Shown here piece after piece: positions 11,362-23,000 of a stretch of 64,000 nucleotides of DNA. Each line of letters starts with the position of its first letter. Position 1 is the stretch's first letter. The notes under the pieces were generated by a model. It was not told where the DNA came from, made no database searches, and saw only the letters and a list, made by a program, of their open reading frames with translations. This DNA is from Macrostomum lignano (lineage: Eukaryota): positions 62,001 through 126,000 of the forward strand of contig NIVC01000656.1 in the NCBI GenBank assembly GCA_002269645.1, written 5' to 3'. The position numbers and the translations under genes were made by a program.

Positions 11362-12917
11362 TTACTTTAGATAAGTTGAAGCCGATTTCTGCTTCAATTT
11401 TGTTGCAAAAAAAGAAGAAGATTGTTGTTGTTGAAGTCGATACTGAACGGGTCTGGTTTGCTGTAAGTCTTCCTGCACTGCAACTTGGAGGTCCCATTGG
11501 GACTGACAAGAAGACCTGCTGCTGCTCCTGGAAGCGCGAAAGCAGCAACTCGAACAGGAGCAACAACTGCCGAACATTTCCTGACTAGCGTAGGACATGT
11601 ACAAGAAGCCGTCTTCGTCGCGCTCCTCTTCGTAGATTTCGGCAATTGTGGCGGACATTGAAGCGATGCTCTTGTTGTTGACCACAAGGTAGAAGGCCTG
11701 AGGGGTGTGTGTGTGTAAGAGTGGGCTGATTCAACATCTCACAGGCAAATTGAGTAGCTGAATGCATCAAATCTCATTAGCTAAATGCATCAAATCTCAT
11801 CAGCTAAATGCATCAAATCTCATCAGCTGAATGCATCAAATCTCATCAGCTGAATGCATCAAATCTGAATAGCTGAATGCATCAAATCTCATCAGCTGAA
11901 TGCATCAAATCTCATCAGCTGAATACATCAAATCTCATCAGCTGAATGCATCAAATCTCATCAGCTGAATGCATCAAATCTCATCAGCTGAATGCATCAA
12001 ATCTCATCAGCTGAATGCATCAAATCTCAATAGCTGAATGCATCAAATCTCAATAGCTGAATGCATCAAATCTCATCAGCTGAATGCATCAAATCTCAAT
12101 AGCTGAATGCATCAAATCTCATCAGCTGAATGCATCAAATCTCATCAGCTGAATGCATCAAATCTCATCAGCTGAATGCATCAAATCTCAATAGCTGAAT
12201 GCATCAAATCTCAATAGCTGAATGCATCAAATCTCAATAGCTGAATGCATCAAATCTCATCAGCTGAATGCATCAAATCTCAATAGCTGAATGCATCAAA
12301 TCTCATCAGCCGAATGCATCAAATCTCATCAGCTGAATGCATCAAATCTCATCAACTGAATGCATCAAATCTCATCAGCTGAATGCATCAAATCTCATCA
12401 GCTGAATGCATCAAATCTCATCAGCTGAATGCATCAAATCTCATCAGCTGAATGCATCAAATCTCATCAGCTGAATGCATCAAATCTCAGCCGAATGCAT
12501 CAAATCTCATCAGCTGAATGCAAAGGCACAAAAATTGTCATCTCACAGAACACTAGAAATCCATAAAAAGAACCCCTGTCTCACCTGGCTATGATCAATT
12601 TTCATTCGGTTCCTAATAATAGTGGCAAACTGGCCCATGGTGAGCTCCTGCGGCACTAAAAATTTGGTCTTATCCAAATGCGGCAGAGTTCTCTCCTTCT
12701 CGTACCGTTCAACAATCACGGGAATCTTCGCGGGAAATTTGGTTTTAATATGATACGATTCCGCTTGTCTCTGTCCGAGCGACTTTTTCGCTTTGAACGA
12801 TTTTCGTACGTCAAAGCTTTCAACGCTGTCATTGTCTCGGTGGCCACCGGAGCCGCCACTGCCGCCGCCGCCCCTGAAGCCGCGGGAGAAGCCGCTAACC
12901 TCGGAGCCGGAGTCCAT
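11362..12917 (-). CDS. MAP1LC3C: Atg8/LC3-family autophagy protein, LC3C-like, 222 aa, 2 exons (12917-12585, 11697-11362)
   Basis: [26 protein letters not shown] and [34 protein letters not shown] match the LC3 core. Phase-0 intron CAG|gtgaga ... cctcag|GCC. Confidence 0.93.
11752..12522. repeat. 23-bp minisatellite (gctgaatgcatcaaatctcatca) filling the LC3 intron
   Basis: About 33 copies occupying most of the 887-bp intron. Confidence 0.97.
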
Positions 12918-13224
12918 TGCTAGCTCTAGCTATTAATAATCTCAAACAATCTGAGTTGGTTTTAACTGCAATCCAATCAGGCCGAGTTAGTAAAGAACAA
13001 TTAGAAACTTATTAGACATCTGGCGTGATTGGGCGCATAAATTAGTTTCATTGAAAGTTGATAAATCATGATTGATTAGCATAAAAAATATGATACATTT
13101 ACAGCAGTACCAAATTATTGCATTGATTTTAATGCAGGTATCTAGCAATTGTTAACACTGAAAATTACTTGTTTTTTGAGAGCTTTTGTATGCAGATTTT
13201 ATGAATATTGTCTAATAAGTTTAT

Positions 13225-13600
13225 TAGAGGGGTTGCAGCCTAGTGGTCAGAGCGTTGGACTCATGATTTGAAGGTCGGGGGTTCGATTTTCGACCCACTC
13301 GGAACAATTTGTGTCCGGGTGCCGGTATTAGCTGGGGGCTGGGGTAATTCAGGGTGTATGTGTGGTGACCCCCCTCCCTTAGTCGTTGGACTGAACAGCC
13401 ATACACAGCCTATAGATGCACGCGCAATAGCTGCGGCTGAGCTGTCAGTTACACATATGCTAATTAGGACAGGATAGCTTTATGAGCAATGATCTTAATT
13501 GCAGTAGAGCTATGGAGCACCTCAGCACAATGCCTTTGGCGCCATCGTCCCACAGCCAGCACTGAGGCAATTCCACTGACTCCTAAGCGGCCTAGACTTT
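13225..13600 (+). mobile_element. tRNA-derived SINE-like element
   Basis: A-box-like tagtggtcagagcg, a CAT-anticodon-like loop and B-box gttcgatt, but the T and acceptor stems pair poorly. Followed by a GC-richer body in AT-rich DNA. The 3' boundary is approximate. Confidence 0.6.
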
Positions 13601-13938
13601 CTAGTCATCAGGCATGTACACTTTTTGCACCTTGGGGGTCAGCCTTTGCAGGTTGTGAATAGTACAACAAACCCTCTAGTTAATATTTATGCAAAAGCTT
13701 TAAATGAATGTGGCCATGCATGGAATTGAGCCAGGATTTGTAGCATGGCAGCATGAGAGGCAGATGCATTTATTGCTACTCTACTCTGTAATAGTAATTG
13801 AATATTTTCATATTGTTATTTGTATTAGCAGTGTGGTCATAAGGCTATAGAAAACACACTTAATGCCATTTAAAACCATTGTATTGTACTTTAATAACCT
13901 CAAATTTTCATCATATTTTTAAATGCCATTCATTATCC

Positions 13939-14090
13939 TTCCAGAAACTTCTTCAGATTAGCAGCTTATTCATAATATATGCTAGTATTCTATATAGTAT
14001 TATACTTATACTTATATTTGCATAACCTATATAATTAAGAATCTGATCTCTTTGATACAATGCATTCAATCTTTCTAGAAATTTCTGGAA
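13939..14090. promoter_or_regulatory. Two perfect heat-shock elements about 1.0-1.2 kb upstream of LC3
   Basis: TTCcaGAAacTTC at 13939-13951 and TTCtaGAAatTTCtgGAA at 14073-14090. Confidence 0.45.
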
Positions 14091-14544
14091 ATCATTCATC
14101 ATATATCTATAAATATATACTGATAGCAGTGACTCAAATCACTTTTCAAATCCCTGATCAAATTTCTATTGATTACCTAAACCTAAACAAAGCACTACCT
14201 TCTAATAAGTTATTATTATGATAATGAAATCATGACATTATAGTAATAGAATATTAGCAAAAGGGTTTTTGGTTATCTGTTCAATTGCCTACTTGTATAA
14301 ATACTACCTTGATGCAATCAATTCAATGCTCTAAACTAAATCATCATATACTTGTACTATATATATAGGCTTATACTTTTCACAGATATAAGAAAAAAGC
14401 TACATATGCTAAAAAGGGAAAGCATGCTAATAAATTATATCTCATAGAATCAAATGGCTTTTGCCTAACTAGGTATAGTATAAGTTCATCTCAAAAATCA
14501 AGAAAATGCAAATAAAAATTATAGATTTGCTTTTATCTATACAT

Positions 14545-14785
14545 AACTAGCTGATCTGGCAAGGGACCTAGCATCCAGCCAAGATAAATTGCAAAAATAC
14601 AGACAAATTATTAGTTAGATGATTAGGCATTTAGCCTTAATAATATAATTATAGTTACTCCTGCCATTTACCTAAAATTATGTTGATTTTTGCTTAGGCT
14701 TCTTTCATGGGTAAGTTAAATTTTTGGTCAAAAAGTAAATCACAAGGCTAGTATACTGGTAAATCAGAGAGGTTGCATATGAATG
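14545..14785 (-). mobile_element. Degenerate copy of the CATACATG-ended (P-like) MITE family
   Basis: Reverse-complement matches (tttttggtcaaaaagtaa, gttactcctgcc, end gttgcatatgaatg) to the copies at 15487 and 22985. Confidence 0.6.
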
Positions 14786-15079
14786 CTTGCTTATATATTA
14801 TTTTTATATATAGAGCCACATATTTTAGCACTATGAATTAAAGAATACTTTGGATTTTTCTTAAATGTTTGATATTTAGCTAAAATTGAAGATACAAGCA
14901 ACAAAAAGTTAATATGAATGAAGCCAATAAGAAAGCTGCCTAGCATTTGCCACTATCAAAGAAGGCTAAGACTATATCATAAGGCTTTAATTGCCAAATC
15001 TCCTTGGGAACCAACTGACAAATAAGCCATTGTTCTTACAAAAAATCTTAGTAAGCATGAAAGATTTTACTACTTTAGT

Positions 15080-15420
15080 TACTAAAAATTCTAAGAAAAG
15101 ATAAGGGGAAATAGAGAAAGGAACAAAGGAAGAGAGGAAAGAAAAGAGAAGAAATGGGGAGAGTATAGAGAGGGTAGAGATGAGAGAAAAGAGAGAGCAG
15201 ACAGGGATAAAAGCAAAGAAAAAGGAGAAAGAAGAGGAGGGGAAGAAAAAAGATATTAGAAAAGAAGAACAAGGGAAAGAAGAAAGAAAAGGAAGGAAAG
15301 GGGAGAAAGGAAAAGGGGAAAGAAGAGAAAGGGGAAAGGGAGTAAAAAAGTAAAAGAGAGGAAAGAAAGAAGAAAATAATAGAAGAGAGATTGAGAGAAA
15401 CATGAAAAAGAAGAAAAATA
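15080..15420. repeat. Purine-rich low-complexity tract
   Basis: Almost only A/G. The minus-strand ORFs here are F/S/L/P low complexity. Confidence 0.85.
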
Positions 15421-15486
15421 GGCAAAACTATATCCAAGTTGATAGGCATTAAATGCATTTTACACTGAGCTATCTATAGGACTATT

Positions 15487-15751
15487 CATACATGTGCAAC
15501 CCCCTCATTTACACTGGCTTTGCAACTTACTTTTTGACCAAAAAAGTGACTTATCTATAAAAAAACCTAAAGAAAAATTAACATATTTTTGGGTAAAAGG
15601 CAGGAGTAACCTGGACTATATTTTTAAGGGTAAGTGCCTCATCATCTAATTAGTAGTAACTATAATTTTTGGGGCACTTTTAACTTGCCTTGGCTAGGCC
15701 CCTTGCTAGCCAGCTGGATCAGCCAGGTTGGCTACATTTTGCACATGTATG
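15487..15751 (+). mobile_element. P-like MITE copy (older, TSD lost)
   Basis: Ends catacatgtgcaac and ttgcacatgtatg. Internal ttgggtaaaaggcaggagtaac is shared with the 22985 copy. Confidence 0.7.
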
Positions 15752-16766
15752 ATACAATTCATAGCTACAATACCTACACTTTTATAATTATTTAGCAGCA
15801 AAAAGTCCTAATGCCCTATCTATAAATATTTTGCCAAGTGTCACTAGCTAATGGCATATTGCAACCAAAGCAAGAAAATTATAGAAAGTTATAGAATATT
15901 TATAGTTAGCATCTAGTAGGTTTATTTACACCATTCTATTTATCAATGCTAATATTTTTATTTTTAAATGCGTACAATGATGATAAGAGAAGGAAAAGCA
16001 ATGATTATATTATATTGAGCTTGTTAGTAACTTGATAGATATATCAAATAAAAACATGATACACTTTTTTCAAGATCTTGATGAGTGAGATCTTGTCCAA
16101 CTAATAATTTTTAATAAAAAATTGTTCATTTTTATATATTAGCTATAGTCTAGATCATGACAGGCATATACCAGAATAAAAACTAGTTTTTTAAATTATA
16201 TGCAATGTAAATTAAAAAATTCTTATATCAAGCATAAAGTTGCTAATATGCAAAATTTTTTATAGTGTATATTTAAAAAAATGAGTTATTATTAAACTTA
16301 AAAGTGTTTTTTCTTTGCTAGAACCTAGTATTTTGTTTTAGTTCTGTTTTCCTTATAAGTGCATTATTATTTTTTGTTTTTGTTTTTACGTATTTTAAGA
16401 AAATCTATTATATATATATATATATATCAACCTATCTTTAGAAGATTTAGTGCATACCAGAATTTTCTAGTATGTATTTGAAAATGTCAATATAGACAAT
16501 GTGCGTTAAGATATCAACATGCATGGTATGCAACTGAAAGAAAATATGTTGTTAGCATAAAAGTTGTTACCATGCATAACTACCATACAATGTGCATATG
16601 GCATGCTAGTGTGGGGTATATAATGGATAGATATTAAAGTTATTAGCCGCAAATGTTTTTATGATTAGAGGATAAATTAGAAGAGTAGTAGTTTTAGAGG
16701 TATTAACTAGGATAAATATATTAAAGATATCAATAGTTAGTTAATAGGTATATATAGGTATATATA

Positions 16767-18068
16767 CAGGGTGGATCCATTGAAATGTCACACTTTAGTA
16801 CTGAGTATATTTTTACTTGATTTTAGACAAGAAAAAATTGCAGATTAAAATGAATTTGGTAAATGATCAACACCTTGTCAGGAACAGATTTACTCAATGT
16901 AACTGCCATCTGCTTCTACAACTTTCTCCAGCTGAGCTCAAAATCTACCAACAGCTTTTTGCACTTTAGCTAATGGGATTTTATCCCATGCTTTTGAGAT
17001 AGAGGTGCACAACCACTCAAGATTGTGGTGAGATATGTGACAGGCCTTGCGCTCAACTTGTGCCTAGAAATAATAGTCCAGTGGATTAAGATCTGGCAAC
17101 AAAGGTGGCCAGAAGTCCTTTGGCCAATAATTTGCAAAATTCTCTGACAGGAAGTTCTGCATGGTTGTCGCAGTATGTGCAAGTGCACCATATTGCTAGA
17201 ACACATATTGGCAACTTGGATAGTGCTGATTTAGCCATGGCAGCACTTTGTTTTATAGTAGCTCCTCATAGCCAATAGCATTGAGCTGAGCACTAGGGTC
17301 AATGAAGATTGGGGGGGGGGCACTTTTGTCCATCAGAGCTGATGACACCTAGCACTATGATAGAAGCTGGATTTTTTATGCGCTGCACCATACAAGCATT
17401 GTCTGGGACATCCTTTACATAGCCAGGTACCAAGTATTGGTCATTTCTTCTATTGGCAACTGCAATGACAGAAATTTTTTTTCATCTAAGAAGATGTGAA
17501 CCAGATATGAATGCAACTTTAGCCAGCTAAGCAGTTGCTTGGCTTACATCTTTCTAGTAAACTTCTGGGCTTCTGACAAGAAATGCCAACAAACTAATGC
17601 TCTGTTCTTCACTCTAACATCATCCTTGAGCAGCTGTTTCATTGTCTTGTGTGCCATTCCAAAGTCCCAAGCCAGCTGTCTAATACTTTGTCTTGGGTTC
17701 CTATGGATGTGCATTTTGACAGCTTTGATGACATTCTTAGTGCGAGTAGTATGGCTGTACCCACCTCTATGACATACCTTAATACTACCAATTGCCACAA
17801 AAAGTCACTTGGTTCAATAAACTTGGTTCTTCAAAATTCTAAGATGTCAAGCAATTGATGTAAGAGGCTCTCCCGCTTGAAATTTTTTTAATGATCTTTT
17901 AACCAATCTCCTTGTATGCAGACATAGTATAGTTAGATTACTGTAAAACTTTGCACAGAGGTCACACATAGATATGAGAGCAAAATCCTATGCGCTTGGC
18001 TTTAAATGCCCAAAACCAAAAAACAAAAACAAAAAATGAAAGTATAAAATTTCAATAGATCTATCCTA
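16767..18068 (-). mobile_element. Decayed Tc1/mariner transposon with a disrupted transposase
   Basis: TA-flanked degenerate TIRs (cagggtggatccattgaaat / atttcaatagatctatccta). The minus strand encodes an HTH region (RNPRQSIRQLAWDFGMAHKTMKQLLKDD) and the WPPLLPDLNPLDY motif, with stops and frameshifts. Confidence 0.88.
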
Positions 18069-18359
18069 TAGGCTATATTGTTAGTTTTTTTGAAAATTAT
18101 CTTGTTTGAAAATTAAGCAAGGGATAGGCCTACACACTCCATAACACTAGCTAGAGTTATTTTGCTAGAATGCCTAAACAATGTGGAAGTAGGCCTAACT
18201 TTGGCATTCTTTCATTTTACGATCACCTAGCATTGTCCTTATGGGAGTTGGGACTTGCTATACAATCTTCCCGGAGGACAGAAAATTGCTCTTAAAATCG
18301 AACTTCAAAATTGGACCACTTCTAAGTGTGTCATTTTAACATAAAATCTTGTGTCCTAT

Positions 18360-19085
18360 AGAAGTTAAAAGCCTGTCTTTATATTCACTTTCATTATACG
18401 ATCATTTAAGTAGTGAATTTATATGCAGATGATTGCAAGATAAAACCGAAAGAAAGAGCTTATAGATTTTGACTTACAATCACACCAATAGTAAAATTGT
18501 ATTGGAGGGATTGTATGATGAAATGGTAGGAAATTGTTGCTATAATAGGCCCTAGACATTTCAACCAAACAATAAATTGCAGCCTCTAATATATCCGCGA
18601 ACCAAAAGTCACCTAGCTCTTTTTACATGGCTCTTTTTGCACGGCCTTTTCAGGTGCTACTGCCACCCCATGCCCTTCCTCACTTTTGTCATATGATCAC
18701 CCCTTGGTATAACACATAGGTCCAATGAACTGGGAGGATCGTATGACAAAAGTGAGGGGGGGGATAGCACTTGTAAATCTTATAATGAATACAATTTCAT
18801 TCTTGAACCCTGTAGATCATTAAGTTGATGGAGATCAATGTAGCAGTTTGTATCTGAAGCTGCCATGAACTGGTGCAACTTTGCCAGGGATGTAATGTGT
18901 AAGTAATCCATTCACTTTTGTCATAGGGCCTACAATCCCTCTAATACAATTCTATCAATGTGGTGATTGTAATTCAAAACCTACAAGCTCTTTTGGTTTC
19001 ATCTTGCGATCATCTACATATAACTTCACCATTTAAATAATCGTATGATGAAAGTGAATATAAGCTTTGTGCTTTCATAACTAAT
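18360..19085. mobile_element. Foldback/MITE-like element with ~160-bp diverged inverted arms
   Basis: 18360-18525 is reverse-complement similar to 18925-19085. There is also an inner inverted repeat, tcacttttgtcatatgatc / gatcgtatgacaaaagtga. Confidence 0.65.
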
Positions 19086-20040
19086 GCTACACCCACAATC
19101 CTCAAGTTGACTGGCAGTGATGAATTAGGTTGACTGGAAAGTGAGTTGCAATGATTTTGTTCTTGGAAAATAAATGTGAAATGTACTTTTTTTGACAAAC
19201 TAGAGTGTCTTTTCGACTCTTTTTTAATGGGGATCGTAAGACGAAACTTGACCTGCTCAGGGATTGTAAAACGTAAGAATGCTGTAACTTTTCCAGTCTC
19301 AGACAAATAACGAGAACCTTTATTAGATATACATTTTCATTCAGTTTTTAACATATACGCCTATTAGTATTAAACAATCAAATGTTTAATAGCCTGCCTA
19401 ATAGTAACTTTGGCTTTGTAGTAGGCCTACACTTTGGCTCAAGATTTCTTTGGGACTAGACAAAACACAAAATAAAGTATGAACAGACGTCATAAGCGAC
19501 ATGGTCTAAGTAATATCTATTAATAGCCACTCTCCCTAGCCCCAGATGTATCAGAAATAAACTAACGAATAAACCGACCGAAAAGACAAAACAATCATGA
19601 GCACGGCATCAACAAACAACAAACAACGGCGTAATCACACTTACAAACAAGTTATGTTTTTTCTAGTAAAGTGTTTAAGTTAAAAGTTATAAAATTAAAA
19701 AAATTATATTATAAAAGTATTCTATGAATTTTTTATACTTATAGTTAGTCATCATCCTAAGATTCTTTAAAATAATGCTCGAAAGAGCCGATGAAGTTAG
19801 AAAAATTTGTTAAGTATTACATGACAATTTTTATTTCGTTTTCAATTTGTTGCCTCCTTCTCACTCGTTATAAAGCAACGTTGTTAAGCGCTTCACTAGC
19901 TCACTTAGGGTTTAACGTATTAATTGTGAAGTATCGTTGCTCTATTATTTGCACTAAATTCTAAACTAGATTGCTTTGGCCTACATTAAGTTGATAACTT
20001 ACTACGCTTTTGAGTCATTAGTGCTGCCATATTTACTAAA

Positions 20041-23000
20041 ATGTTGGTTACCTGCAGAACTCTTGCTGGTCAGAAGTTCACAGTTGAAGCTAACAGCTCA
20101 GATACAGTAAGTTCTTTTTTATCAAACTTTTAAAATACAAATACAAGTAAACAAAAAAGACAATGTCAATGATAAATCCTTTTTAAAAATATTCTTTTTA
20201 CTTAAAGATATGCCATATTGACTACCTATTTAAGCCAGGGACTCCAATGAGATTTTGAAAGCAAAAAAAATCAAAAAAGTAAAATAAAATATGATAGAGC
20301 TTGATTTTATGGGTTAAAAGACACTTCACTTTTAAAATTTAGCCTAGAATTAAAAAAGTTATGCAACTTTTTGTGTATATATTGTTATTAGTTTTGTAAT
20401 GCAAATTTGCCATAAAGGCTTGTGACCTTTTTTTACAAAAAATGAAAAGAAACTCAATTTCCAGTTTCAACTAAAATCATGTATAGTTAGATAAATATAA
20501 CTTTGCAATTATTCAACCAAGCAATTAATGTGATATATTGTTAGAAAGTATTTTTCCTATAGAATATTTCTTTCTATACCACTTATTTCTATTTTTAGTT
20601 ATCTAGGTTTAGTAAAGCAATAAAGGTTATTTTAAGCTAGAAAAATACAATTTAAGCATTTTTTCATTCGGTCACATTTCTATTCATCTTATTAAAGTCT
20701 ATATCTATATTGACTAAATAATACTTATTAGAATTTAATTAAATTACTAAAATTAGGCTGACTAAGGTTAATAATAATAGTTTTTCAAATGTTGCAAGTT
20801 TGTTTGCCACTCTTTTGGCAACAAAAATATAGTAGAGTCATTTTAACTATCAGAAATATTAAATATATAATTAGTGCTATAAATAGGTTTAGACTTAAAA
20901 GATGATTATCAGGAAGGTCAGGAAGGTGGCCTTTGCCATGGAAAATTCCAGCACACACAAAGGGTCCTTGGCGCACTTGGCATATAATCATGGTGCACAC
21001 TGAGTTTCCTGGCACATGCGGCACACAATCATAGTGCACAGTGAGGTCCCTAGCGCATGTGGCGCATAATTGCGATGCATGTGGCGCATAAGGTCCCTGA
21101 CATATGTGGTGCTATGCACAACTTTGGTGCATAAGGAATCAGAATAGAATCTTTATTAGCATAATACTGGCATAGCATATCAAGTCTGCATGAATTTTAA
21201 GAATTTTGTAAATTTATTATAAAATATATAATTTATGTAATATATAAATTATATAAATTATATAAAATATATAAATTAAAGGCACAGACAGTCCATATTG
21301 CCGAAGGTGTAGCATACGCCGGAAAATTCCGGCGTATAAAAGGATTAGCTGGCGTACAACTGGCGTACAAAAGGTCTAGCTGGCATATAACTGGCGTACA
21401 AAAAATCTAGCTGGCGTACAAATGGTATAACTGGCATACAAGCAGGAAATACAACTTTGCAAGCGTAATACTTGGCATTGCATACAAGGCATTGAAGTCC
21501 GGAAAAAACCATTTCGTAAAATACAATACAATAAACAATCCATATGTGTTGCTGTTTATTTTAAAATTTGACAATAAATTGGTTAAATTTGATAATATAT
21601 TGAAAAAATGTTTTACCATTAGTAGTTAAATTGTTTTGAATCAATAATTTGCTTACATTGTGTTTTACTATACCCGTCAATGCTATTTTTTTCAAATGAG
21701 ATGGCCGAACTTTTTTATCTGTGCATTACAGTATTACTATTGTCTATATGTGAATATTGCGCTGCTTGTTCACACAATTTAATTATATTTTGCTTTTTCA
21801 AATTTCTTTGCTTTTGCTTTTACAATATTGCTGTGGCTGTGCCTGTAACATGTAATCATATCGTTTAGTTTAGTGCTTCGTTTATGGATGACATGCACAG
21901 TTTTAGAAGGCCTGTGGAATACTGGCGTACACATTATTGGTACACCTTTACTAGCATATTTTACTGGCGTACACTTTATCAGCTAGCCAAATACTTTCCA
22001 GTGTACACAAAACACGATCCGCAATATGGCAGACAGTGCACAAATGGCGCATAGATGGCGCATAGATGGCGCATAGACAATTCACAGATTGTCCCAAAAA
22101 AATTATTCTGGTGCACACTATGCCACCTTCCTGACTATGGTGATGATATAATGATAAAAAAATGAACTTAATTAATAATAGTACAAATAACAATTAATAT
22201 TCAAGTATTTTATTTATAATTATAACTATAAAAGTCAAGTGTTTCTAAAAATAATATAAAATAATTTCCCCATTTTTCTTAAACAAACAATAGTATTTTT
22301 ATATTTTTAATAGCCAAACAATTTTTGTTATTTCAGAGTACTTATAGGCATGGTAGCCATGTCTATAATATTTGAGCTTATAGACACAGCTATTATCATC
22401 AATATAAAATGCATGTTCTGTAGGGCTCTCTTATAAGCAAATGGTGGCTTAGTAGATATGTCAATTGCCTTGTGATTGCATATAGAAAGGTTTGAATCCT
22501 AAGAGATGTGTTTTTTTAATTTAATTTTTTTTTAATGAACAGAAGTTTTTCCATCTTGAGCTTTTTAAGTTTTGTTAATTAAAATAAAATAATAAATTAA
22601 ATTAAATTTTTTAATAAGAGTAATTCACTAAATCCTAAAGTGCGGCTGCAATTATATATGTAGTTATATCTATAAGTATTCAAACTTACAGATTATCAAA
22701 TGTAAGTATAAAATTGAATAACATTGATAGGCTTTAAGTTTGATTCCTGATATTTTTTTAAGTTTGAATTGGTGCCACAACATGGTGGGCTCTTATTGCT
22801 AATACTATTGTACTATTAGATTCTACTATACTATTATTAACACAATAACATAGAGGCACCACAAAACAATTTTGCTATCCTATGGTGTCAATTTTAAAAC
22901 TTTACTGAGTTTTTAGAGGCCAATTTAGTGTCACAAAAATAGGATGCAATACTTAGGAATCAGGTGTAAAATCATGATCCCATGCATACATGCGCAACCT

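Noticed and set aside
13226-13300. Functional tRNA-Met(CAT) gene
   Set aside because: The T-stem and acceptor stem do not pair properly and there is no T-run terminator. It is better explained as a SINE head.
13480-13600. HDV-like or hammerhead ribozyme in the SINE-like bodies (also 49500-49680)
   Set aside because: I could not assemble a consistent P1/P2/P3/P1.1 fold or a CUGANGA/GAAA core by eye. An Infernal search would be needed.
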